Source: Mucisphaera calidilacus (GTDB taxonomy: Bacteria > Planctomycetota > Phycisphaerae > Phycisphaerales > Phycisphaeraceae). From it: a stretch of 32,000 nt of DNA. Of this stretch, positions 9,616 through 16,277 are shown one piece after another. Position numbers and translations under genes: made by a program. The stretch is taken from NCBI RefSeq assembly GCF_007748075.1, contig NZ_CP036280.1:600001-632000 (forward strand). Direction: 5' to 3'. The notes beneath the pieces were generated by a model, which had not been told where the DNA came from, ran no database searches, and worked only from the letters and a program-made list of their open reading frames with translations. Positions within the stretch are counted from its first letter, which is position 1, and every line of letters begins with the position of its first letter.

Positions 9616-9660
9616 GCAACCGAGTCCGCGAGGTTGCTGTGCGTCCCCCCCAATCATTAT
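9616..9660 (+). repeat. Hairpin-containing intergenic repeat, copy 1
   Basis: GCAACCGAGTCCGCGAGGTTGCTGTGCGT followed by a C-run and AATCAT. The core matches copy 2 at 10768-10796 except for one base. Stem is GCAACC/GGTTGC. Confidence 0.6.
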
Positions 9661-9855
9661 CCGTAATCTAACCTTGACACCGCTCGCACCCCTGATCAAC
9701 GAATATCTATGCAGCATCGGATACCTCGGGATCTGCAACGCTGGCCCACGCTATTCCATCGTTAAGAGCCGCATCTGATTTCCCTTGACCCGACGCCAGG
9801 TCTCATCTAAGTTCGTTGTTGCACCAAAACCGTAACAAGCACGAAGAGAAGAAAC

Positions 9856-10554
9856 ATGCCGCAACGGCTGAACATAACCTGTCTTGCACTCCTCGCCATC
9901 ACCGGCTTTGCCGCCACCCTCACTTCTGCCGACACCGCGACGATCCTCGCAGACGCCACCGGGAACTACGACGTCAACGGCAGCGGCTACGCCGCCGGCG
10001 CACTCAACACCTTCGAGATCGTGAGCACCGACTTCCTGCCCGGGCCGTTCGGCCGCAACGCACTGCTCCTATTCGACACCGCCAACGCCCTCCCTCCCGC
10101 AGTCACCATCAATAAGATCGAGTTCGCCTACGCCATCCGCGATACAGAACCCGGCTCCGCAGACATTCTCCTCGAAAGTCTGCTCGGCCCATTGTCCCTC
10201 GGCGGAGCAACCATCGCCGCTCAATCACACACCCCACAGGGAAGCATCCCATCCGCTCAGGGCCCAGGCATCATCTCACTCCACGCCTCACTCGTCTCAG
10301 CCGACCTGCTCGATCCAAACGGCCGGTTCGCCCTCCGACTCACCGCCGCAGAACCGTCATTCACGAATGTAGAATTCGCCGGCTCCGGCAACTCCTCCCA
10401 CAACCAACGCAACCCTGTCCGCCCACGCCTCATCATCGACTACACGCTAATCCCAGAGCCTTCGACCGCCGCCGTCCTCCTCACCTCTCTCGGACTGAGC
10501 ACCCAACGTCGGCGACCACGGACACCAAACAGACTTGTGGATCTCGGCAGCTGA
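9856..10554 (+). CDS. Secreted PEP-CTERM sorting-domain protein
   Basis: Signal peptide (ITCLALLAITGFAATLTSA). C-terminal IPEPSTAAVLLTSLGLSTQRRR is PEP + TM helix + Arg cluster. Codon bias matches the local host strand bias. Confidence 0.75.
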   Translation: MPQRLNITCLALLAITGFAATLTSADTATILADATGNYDVNGSGYAAGALNTFEIVSTDFLPGPFGRNALLLFDTANALPPAVTINKIEFAYAIRDTEPGSADILLESLLGPLSLGGATIAAQSHTPQGSIPSAQGPGIISLHASLVSADLLDPNGRFALRLTAAEPSFTNVEFAGSGNSSHNQRNPVRPRLIIDYTLIPEPSTAAVLLTSLGLSTQRRRPRTPNRLVDLGS

Positions 10555-10566
10555 ATTAAAGCGACA

Positions 10567-10725
10567 AGCACCTCTCATCGACACCGGCATAGCACCAGCA
10601 CCACGCCCCAGGCCTAACAGGCACCCCGTCGCGGGTGTCAGAACCTTACGTTCACTGATGAAGCTGCTCGCAAGCAGCGAAAGATCGATCACGTCGACCA
10701 CCGCATCCGTATTGAAGTTACCGCC
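10567..10725 (-). pseudogene. Decayed C-terminal fragment of a dockerin-like + PEP-CTERM protein
   Basis: The minus-strand translation GGNFNTDAVVDVIDLSLLASSF...TPATGCLLGLGRGAGAMPVSMRGA resembles the usual GD.NGDG.VD..DL..L + (P)EP-TM-RR C-terminus. There is no credible N-terminus or signal peptide. The ORF runs on into the convergent gene. Confidence 0.35.
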
Positions 10726-10763
10726 GCACCCCCACGAGCCCCAAGCGCAAGCTTGGGGTGCCA

Positions 10764-10815
10764 CACAGCAACCGAGTCCCCGAGGTTGCTGTGCGTAATC
10801 ATCCCCAATCCTGAC
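10764..10815 (+). repeat. Hairpin-containing intergenic repeat, copy 2
   Basis: CACAGCAACC-GAGTCCCCGA-GGTTGCTGTG is a perfect 10-bp stem, followed by CGTAATCATCCCCAATCC. It is homologous to 9616-9660. Confidence 0.6.
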
Positions 10816-11180
10816 CGGCACCCAAGGCCCAGCCGAAGGACTACGACACCTGCGCCGGAACACAGGCACAAGTGTCACTGCAAGCAGAGTGGGTGTTGAG
10901 GCCACGGCCGCCGTCAGGGCGACCTCATCGAGTTGATCAGCGTCGATGACAACGCGTGAAATGCCTCCTTGAATCTCCCACGCGTAGCCCTGCAGGTCAC
11001 CACGAACCACAGCGATATCGAATGAGCAGGTACTACGCAGTTGAGTTATTAAACACGGCCCGGCAACGAGATGGGTATGATGACGATCTAAGACGCAATT
11101 GACCTTCCCCCCTGAACCGAGTCCGGAAGTTATGGGAGACTTCCCGCGTTCTGGGCGTCATCAGGAAGGAAGCGTCATCG

Positions 11181-11447
11181 ATGAGCAGAAAGCGTCATTT
11201 GGCCGAAGAGATTGTGAACAAGCTGCGTGAAGCCGATGTGCTGCTGGGCCAAGGCCGGACGGTGGCTCAGGCGTGCAGGCAACTGGGCGTGGGTGAGCAG
11301 ACGTACTACCGCTGGCGTCGGGAGTACGGGGGGATGAAGGTCGACCAGGCCCGCAAGTTCAAGGAGCTCGAGCGTGATGACGAGGGGCCGCTGACGCGGC
11401 GGATCGTCGCGTTGGCGTCGATGTACGGAGCTTCAACGGCAAGCTGA
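11181..11447 (+). pseudogene. IS3-family OrfA (HTH) N-terminal fragment fused to junk
   Basis: MSRKRHLAEEIVNKLREADVLLGQGRTVAQACRQLGVGEQTYYRWRREYGGMKVDQARKFKELE is the typical IS3 OrfA. The leucine-zipper and frameshift region is missing. Confidence 0.75.
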
Positions 11448-11647
11448 GGGATGAACTGCTCAACGGCGAGCTCTTTTACACGCTCAAGGAAGCGAAGGTC
11501 CTCATCGAGCGGTGGCGACGTCATTACAACACGATCCGGCCTCATTCGTCGCTGGACTACCGGCCACCCGCACCCGAAACCATCACTGCAGAGCCGGGCT
11601 CCGCTCCGCTACGCCCGCCTCTGCAAACCAGCCTCGGTCTACCGTAG
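11429..11647 (+). pseudogene. IS3-family OrfB (DDE integrase) C-terminal fragment
   Basis: Translation is SFNGKLRDELLNGELFYTLKEAKVLIERWRRHYNTIRPHSSLDYRPPAPE...*. This is the conserved end of rve-domain IS3 transposases. Confidence 0.75.
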
Positions 11648-11817
11648 ACTGTGGGCCGAATCGTGGGGGAAGGTCAAGGAGGCTACATGGCGAAGCGTTT
11701 GAGTCAGATGAGACGACTCGGTGATTGGTGGCCGCTCCTCTGCGAGGCACCCAAAGCCACTGCACACCTCATCGTTCGCGTGTCCATATTTGCCATGACT
11801 ATCGCGGAGACTTGGTG

Positions 11818-12624
11818 ATGGCGGACTCTGGCGAACGCTTCTCCCGCCGCCTCGGCGTCCGCCCCCGTGGTGATGGGCCGCTGATTCACCACGACGCGCC
11901 GGAGTCCCTACTGGTGGGAACCATATCGCTGCTGCACGACCAGTTGGACAAGTCGCCATCATGGATCCGCGGCATGATCTGTGGGGTACGGCGCGTTCGT
12001 CCAGATCCGAGCAACTGGTCGCAGTACCCCAACATCTGGGGCGAGGCGCAGGACCTGGTTTACAGTGCCGAGTGGTTCGAGTTCTACGACTTCGTGGAAG
12101 CGTGCGCGGACTCTCTTGAACAGAGCGAAGAACTCGACCACTTTGAGTCAGCGATGAATCAACTCTTTGAGGAAGAGCACATCGGCTGGCGTCTCGTCGA
12201 CGGGGTCTTGGAGATTCAGGGTGACAAACTCCTTGAGGATCTGATCGAGGAGTCGCACGAGGAGCTGGAGGCAACGAGTTTCAACGTTGCGTCCCAGGAG
12301 TTGCGGGAGGCCCGGACCGATCTCTCGCGACGACCGGACCCCGATCTCTCGGGCGCCGTCCACCACGCGATGGCCGCTTTGGAGGCTGTCGCGAGACAGG
12401 TCACCGGCGAGCCCAAGAAGACGCTCGGCGACATCATCAAGCGGAATCCAGGGTTGCTCCCGCCCCCTGTCGATGAAGCCGCTACAAAGCTCTGGGGATT
12501 CGCCTCCGAGCAAGGACGACACGGCAGCGAAGGTCGCACGCTCAAATGGGCGGAGACGATGCTCGTCGTCGGAACGGCGGCGGCGTTGTGCTCCTACCTA
12601 ATCGCAAAGCAAGAGGAGATGTGA
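11818..12624 (+). CDS. AbiJ-like protein: AbiJ-NTD4-type N-terminus + HEPN-like C-terminal module (cassette gene A)
   Basis: GGAGA lies about 8 nt upstream of the ATG at 11818. The N-terminus ERFSRRLGVRP...ESLLVGT resembles the FS.R.G.KP start of the AbiJ_NTD4 family. The C-terminus AMAALEAVARQVTG..KKTLGDII...ATKLWGFASEQGRHGSEG..KWAETMLVVGTAAALCSYLI follows the '..AvE....tG...tLg....LyGf.S...G.RH' pattern I associate with the HEPN-like end of these proteins. Assignment is from memory, not an HMM. Confidence 0.6.
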   Translation: MADSGERFSRRLGVRPRGDGPLIHHDAPESLLVGTISLLHDQLDKSPSWIRGMICGVRRVRPDPSNWSQYPNIWGEAQDLVYSAEWFEFYDFVEACADSLEQSEELDHFESAMNQLFEEEHIGWRLVDGVLEIQGDKLLEDLIEESHEELEATSFNVASQELREARTDLSRRPDPDLSGAVHHAMAALEAVARQVTGEPKKTLGDIIKRNPGLLPPPVDEAATKLWGFASEQGRHGSEGRTLKWAETMLVVGTAAALCSYLIAKQEEM

Positions 12625-13511
12625 TGGCTCTTAAGCGACGCTGGATCGAGGTGCATCGGCTCACCATCTCCGGTCTTGAAGACGGGACCGCATACGGTTC
12701 GTTCTTGCGCGACACGCGAAACAAGATCGAGCAGCTTGAGAACACGGTACGAGACCAGGGCGGTAAGTCGCACGCGTTGTATGAAGCCAAGGTCATCAAG
12801 AGCCGGCTTCGTATGCGGTTTCTGAGCTACACCACCGGATACCGCCCCGATATCCTGAATACTGACGGCTACGCGATCGAGCCCAATCCCCTCGCTGACT
12901 CACAGACCGGCGTGGAGTGGACGCATGTTCTTGGTGCTCGCGTGAATGGCCGCTACTTGCTCTTATGCGAGAAGGTGCAGTCGGGCATCTGGCCGTCCAG
13001 CATCGAGCACTACCTCCAGTGGATGATCGACAAAGTGCATGGCCAGGAGTGGGTGGGCGATAAGGAGGAGGACGACGAGAACATCACCGTCAGCCTTGAG
13101 CCGGAAGCCGGGGCCGCCTTTGTGACGCGGATCGATGACCTGACACGCGTTCGGCTCGCGACCGTCCGCACCGTCCGACCGAACCCAGGCTGGATAGACC
13201 TTGAGAACGAGCTCGCCAGCGAGGCTGACGACTCCAAGGCTCAGAAGGCTGATGTCACGATGACCGCTCGCCGCGAGGCGTCGCTCTCGAAGACCAAAGG
13301 CATTGTCGGAGCGATCAAAAGGATGTTTGCCCGCAAGGAGCTGGACTACGCCGCGATCGAAGGCGAGCGGGAAGACGGGCAGAAGGACCACTTCACGACA
13401 AAGAAGCTCGTCGAACGGAGACGGCTCTCTCTGAAACTCGATGAGGGCGGTCAAGTCGATCATAGCGACGCATGGACCAGGCTGGGCGAGATGATGGACC
13501 AACAGGACTGA
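12624..13511 (+). CDS. Hypothetical 295-aa soluble protein, no family recognised (cassette gene B)
   Basis: ATG overlaps the stop of gene A (TGATG). A strong SD, AAGAGGAG, lies at 12611-12618. It has an acidic central stretch (GDKEEDDEN) and a charged C-terminal third. No TM segments. Confidence 0.7.
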   Translation: MALKRRWIEVHRLTISGLEDGTAYGSFLRDTRNKIEQLENTVRDQGGKSHALYEAKVIKSRLRMRFLSYTTGYRPDILNTDGYAIEPNPLADSQTGVEWTHVLGARVNGRYLLLCEKVQSGIWPSSIEHYLQWMIDKVHGQEWVGDKEEDDENITVSLEPEAGAAFVTRIDDLTRVRLATVRTVRPNPGWIDLENELASEADDSKAQKADVTMTARREASLSKTKGIVGAIKRMFARKELDYAAIEGEREDGQKDHFTTKKLVERRRLSLKLDEGGQVDHSDAWTRLGEMMDQQD

Positions 13512-13512
13512 C

Positions 13513-14079
13513 ATGTACCACGAGATTGGAGAATTCCTGTGGCACATGGGACGCCGCCAGAAGCTCTGGAAGGACGGCGAGCTGTGGACTGCGCTCATTC
13601 TTGGCGGGCTGGCAGGTTGGTTGTTCTACTGTGACCCAGCCGCCGTGGATCTTGTCCGCGAGCGATTCGGTGAACTACTGACTGTAGCGAGCATCGTCTT
13701 CGGCTTCGTGCTGACCACGCTGTTCTTTTACATCCAGGCGGCTGGCGAGTGGTCTCGGGATCCACGAGTTGGCCGCGTCGCAGAGAAACTCGTGGACTGG
13801 CACGTTTGGACGGTAATGTGCCTTCTGGCACTTGTCGGACTGATCATCGTGCTCTGGATCGCTAAGGGATTCTTCACCGGCGGCCGCCTTCGCTCCGCAA
13901 TCTCCCACGCGACCCTCGTGTTTCTCGCGGCCTATTGCAGCTTCCAGATCATCAACCACGTTCTCACCGTCCGCTGGGTGTTCCGGAAGCGTTCCGTACT
14001 GAAGGACGGCCCAGCACCACATGATCAACGATCAGATACCTCCGAGGCAGGCATCGGAACCGACACGGAGGACAAGTGA
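13513..14079 (+). CDS. Integral membrane protein, about 4 predicted TM helices, short acidic tail (cassette gene C)
   Basis: Starts 1 nt after the gene B stop. Hydrophobic segments are LWTALILGGLAGWLFY, LLTVASIVFGFVLTTLFFYI, VWTVMCLLALVGLIIVLWIA and ATLVFLAAYCSFQIINHVL. Confidence 0.7.
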   Translation: MYHEIGEFLWHMGRRQKLWKDGELWTALILGGLAGWLFYCDPAAVDLVRERFGELLTVASIVFGFVLTTLFFYIQAAGEWSRDPRVGRVAEKLVDWHVWTVMCLLALVGLIIVLWIAKGFFTGGRLRSAISHATLVFLAAYCSFQIINHVLTVRWVFRKRSVLKDGPAPHDQRSDTSEAGIGTDTEDK

Positions 14080-14441
14080 GTCCAACACTTCCATCCATCG
14101 AGCACCGCGACGCTGTCTTCGTAAGCCACGCGAATCCCGAAGACAACGCTATTGCGACCTGGCTCACTCTACGACTAACGCGCGAGGGCTACCGCGTGTG
14201 GTGCGATGTCGTCAAGCTTCGCGGCGGCGACGACTTCTGGAAGAACATTGAAGCAGCTATACGGCTACGCACTCGCCGCTTCATCTTTGTGACCTCACGT
14301 GTGTCCAATCAGAAGCCGGGAACACTCAAGGAACTCGCTATCGCTGAGGGAGTGGCCCGTACTCTGGGTGAGAACCGCTTCATCATCCCCGTCAAGGTTG
14401 ATGATCTCCCGTATGGTGAGCACAACATCCAGATCAACTGA
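14076..14441 (+). CDS. TIR-domain protein (cassette gene D); 3' end interrupted by an IS3 fragment, so probably truncated
   Basis: GTG start overlaps the gene C stop (GTGA), and GGAGGA lies just upstream. VFVSHANPEDNAIATWLTLRLTREGYRVWCDVVKLRGGDDFWKNIEAAIR..RRFIFVTSRVSNQKPGTLKELAIA is a TIR_2-type fold pattern. A Glu (E86) sits at the expected catalytic position. The stop TGA (14439-14441) is the first three bases of the IS left inverted repeat. Confidence 0.75.
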   Translation: MSPTLPSIEHRDAVFVSHANPEDNAIATWLTLRLTREGYRVWCDVVKLRGGDDFWKNIEAAIRLRTRRFIFVTSRVSNQKPGTLKELAIAEGVARTLGENRFIIPVKVDDLPYGEHNIQIN

Positions 14442-14592
14442 CCTTCCCCCCTGAACCGAGTCCGGATGTTGTGGGAGACTTCCCGCGTTCTGGACGCCAT
14501 CAGGAAGGAAAGATCGATGAGCAGGAAGCGTCATTCGGCCGAGGAGATTATGAACAAGCTTCGAGAGGCGGAGGTGTTGATGAGCCAAGGTG
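14439..14592 (+). mobile_element. IS3-family left-end fragment (IRL + first ~25 codons of orfA), a diverged relative of the element at 11100
   Basis: TGACCTTCCCCCCTGAACCGAGTCCGGA... is identical for 28 nt to the IRL at 11100, then roughly 85-90% similar by eye. MSRKRHSAEEIMNKLREAEVLMSQG follows, and homology is lost near 14592. Confidence 0.8.
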
Positions 14593-14651
14593 ACCTGGTC
14601 CACAGCCGGGGCCGGTCCAGATTGTCGGGCACGGCCAGCTTTCATCGTGAA

Positions 14652-14830
14652 TCATGCTGCTTGCCTGTAGTCATGATTCAGAAGACCGCCGAGGATACGC
14701 TCGCGGCGAATCGAGCCCACCGAAGTCGGTGGTGGACGGCCTGTCAAGGCCTCGTAACCGCGATGGAACGTCCTGAAGGGTCCACGCTTGGAGTGACGGA
14801 ATAAAGAATCCTTGGCGCGATGCCCGCTTG
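14652..14830 (-). pseudogene. Possible C-terminal remnant of a different rve-type transposase
   Basis: The minus-strand translation ...GSIRRERILGGLLNHDYRQAA* resembles the '..I.RRERLGGLL..YYR.AA' C-terminal end common in integrase-core transposases. The upstream part is degenerate. Confidence 0.35.
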
Positions 14831-14924
14831 CCCTGCAGCAGGGGGGCGGAGCGGGTGAAACCCCGCCCTTCCCGACTCATACGGCCATGTTGAACATAAT
14901 CAGTAAATCTAATGGGTATCGCGT

Positions 14925-15734
14925 CTAACGTTCCAAGGCCGAATCGCGATGCGAATTGACCACGTCGCTTGTGTGGTCGAGTAGTTCAAGGCCACCCGGT
15001 AATCCATGGCCAGGAACCACGATCTTTGTTTGCGGATACTTAGTCTTTAGTCGTTGCATTGAACTAGACCAAGCTAGGAGATCGGCGTCACCAATGTAAC
15101 CCGGTGTCTTCCGATCCATCTCGTAAACCGCACACCCACCGAAGAGCACACCCGAATCCGGTACATAGACCACTAAGTTGTCTACGCTGTGGGCTGGTCC
15201 CGGATAGAAAATTTCCATCGGCCCAAATCTGACCGCATCGCCCGGCTCTGCCAGGCCATCTATTGATTGCCGAGGGATTTGGTTACCCTCCGCTTTTGCC
15301 AGACGTTTCGTTAGAGGGGTGCCGTAGGTGGCCACCCCTGCCGCATCGAGCACGTCCATGCCCTCGACGCAGTCGTCATGGAAGTGCATGGCTATAGCTG
15401 AACGCACCGGCAAGCCAATTTCCGTTTTAAGGGCCGTAAGCAGCGCTTCGGTGTTCTTATCGCCCCAGGCCGTGTCGACCAGGATCAATTCGTTACCGTC
15501 GCGAACGACCAGACCATTCGCCGGATACATCACGCCGCCTACCTCACGGACGGCGACATGGACCCAGACACCATTGCGTATCTCATGCAACCGTGCTTCA
15601 CCGGGGGGCGTCTCGGCCAACCCTGGATGGTTCTGCGCTATTTCAGCCACCGTCAGCGATTGATTGGCGTCGGACGGTGGCGGTGCCGCAACGCAACCCG
15701 ATAAGAAGAGCAAACATAAAGCGAAATATTTCAT
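14925..15734 (-). CDS. Subclass B1 metallo-beta-lactamase, VIM-like, with lipoprotein signal peptide
   Basis: 269 aa from the ATG at 15734. Lipobox MKYFALCLLFLSGC. Zinc ligands are all present: HFHDD (H116/H118/D120), GPAHSVDN (H196), GGCAV (C221), PGHGLPGG (H263). Long collinear matches to VIM as I recall it: NGLVVRDG.EL.L.DTAWG.KNT, IGLPV, DVL.AAGVATY, GDAVRFGP.E.FYPG.AHS.DNLVVYVP, PGHGLPGGL.LL.HT..VV. GC is lower than in flanking genes. Confidence 0.85.
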   Translation of the reverse strand: MKYFALCLLFLSGCVAAPPPSDANQSLTVAEIAQNHPGLAETPPGEARLHEIRNGVWVHVAVREVGGVMYPANGLVVRDGNELILVDTAWGDKNTEALLTALKTEIGLPVRSAIAMHFHDDCVEGMDVLDAAGVATYGTPLTKRLAKAEGNQIPRQSIDGLAEPGDAVRFGPMEIFYPGPAHSVDNLVVYVPDSGVLFGGCAVYEMDRKTPGYIGDADLLAWSSSMQRLKTKYPQTKIVVPGHGLPGGLELLDHTSDVVNSHRDSALER

Positions 15735-16120
15735 ACAACCTAGATTGACCATAACCATCAACGTGGTCAAGCGGGTCTCTCTGCATGAACCTCTGTGCCT
15801 GAGGGTGGAGTACGCGTGCCCGATTGTCCATGAGGCCGACGATCTCGTCTTGGGCCAGCCCCTGGTGACCGAAGGCACAGAGAGCCACGGGCGATGAGGC
15901 GTAGGCAGAGCGGAACAAGTCGCTGCGCGGCGCCTTCGGCGTCGAACCGCGCGTGCGTCCGGCTTCGCCTGCCGCTGCGTGTTCTCATCCCGCTGGTCAT
16001 GTTTCGGGCTCCTCATCATCACCCGCCGAAACCCCATCCCAAAACCGATACTTTCTTTCACCCCCACCCCCTGATTCCGGGCGTCGCGCGCACAAGGACG
16101 GTATTCGTGCGCACATCGTG

Positions 16121-16235
16121 ACCAAAAACAGGCCCTTTTTGGACCAAAACGCTCCAAAACGGACCAAAACGCTCCAAAACGGACGAAAACGAACCCAAAA
16201 CGCTCGAAAACGACCCGAAACGAACCCGAAAAAGT
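16121..16235. repeat. Helically phased A-tract array (about 10 units of ~10 bp), including a perfect 20-bp tandem duplication
   Basis: From 16141 the units are ggaccaaaac gctccaaaac ggaccaaaac gctccaaaac ggacgaaaac gaacccaaaac gctcgaaaac gacccgaaac gaacccgaaaaag. It is non-coding, about 400-500 bp upstream of the MBL start and just downstream of the amidohydrolase stop. Confidence 0.8.
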
Positions 16236-16277
16236 GTAAATTCCTGCAAAGTCGTCAGATTGTGCGCGCCTCACCCG

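Larger units (their letters stand above)
11100..11676 (+). mobile_element. IS3-family insertion sequence skeleton (577 bp) with both terminal inverted repeats but multiple internal deletions
   Basis: IRL is TGACCTTCCCCCCTGAACCGAGTCCGG at 11100. IRR ends ...GGGGGAAGGTCA at 11676, with 12 terminal bases perfectly inverted. It contains the orfA 5' part and the orfB 3' end only. Confidence 0.8.

Noticed and set aside
10447-11010. 187-aa minus-strand ORF taken as an intact gene
   Set aside because: It has no signal peptide or plausible start. It translates through the intergenic hairpin repeat and into the 3' end of the convergent PEP-CTERM gene. Only its central part is kept, as a low-confidence pseudogene remnant.
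11725-11817. Upstream alternative start extending cassette gene A to 299 aa
   Set aside because: It uses a non-ATG start, and the extra 31 residues (VAAPLRGTQSHCTPHRSRVHICHDYRGDLV) look non-coding. The ATG at 11818 has a GGAGA SD and begins at the conserved family N-terminus.
14466-14804. 112-aa plus-strand ORF
   Set aside because: It is a chimera of the first ~25 codons of the truncated IS3 orfA followed by unrelated sequence, so it is not a functional gene.
14838-14868. GC hairpin (GGGCGG...CCGCCC) downstream of the beta-lactamase gene as a terminator
   Set aside because: It has a 6-bp stem with a 13-nt loop and no U-run on the relevant strand, which is not convincing.
16121-16235. Possible CRISPR or minisatellite
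   Set aside because: The period is about 10 bp with no spacers and no palindromic repeat units. It is better described as a phased A-tract array.
15735-16274. 180-aa N-terminal extension of the beta-lactamase ORF (ORF listed as 14925..16274)
   Set aside because: The extension translates the A-tract repeat (RFG.F.SVLE repeats) and Arg-rich junk. The internal ATG at 15734 gives a canonical lipoprotein signal peptide and a length matching B1 enzymes.
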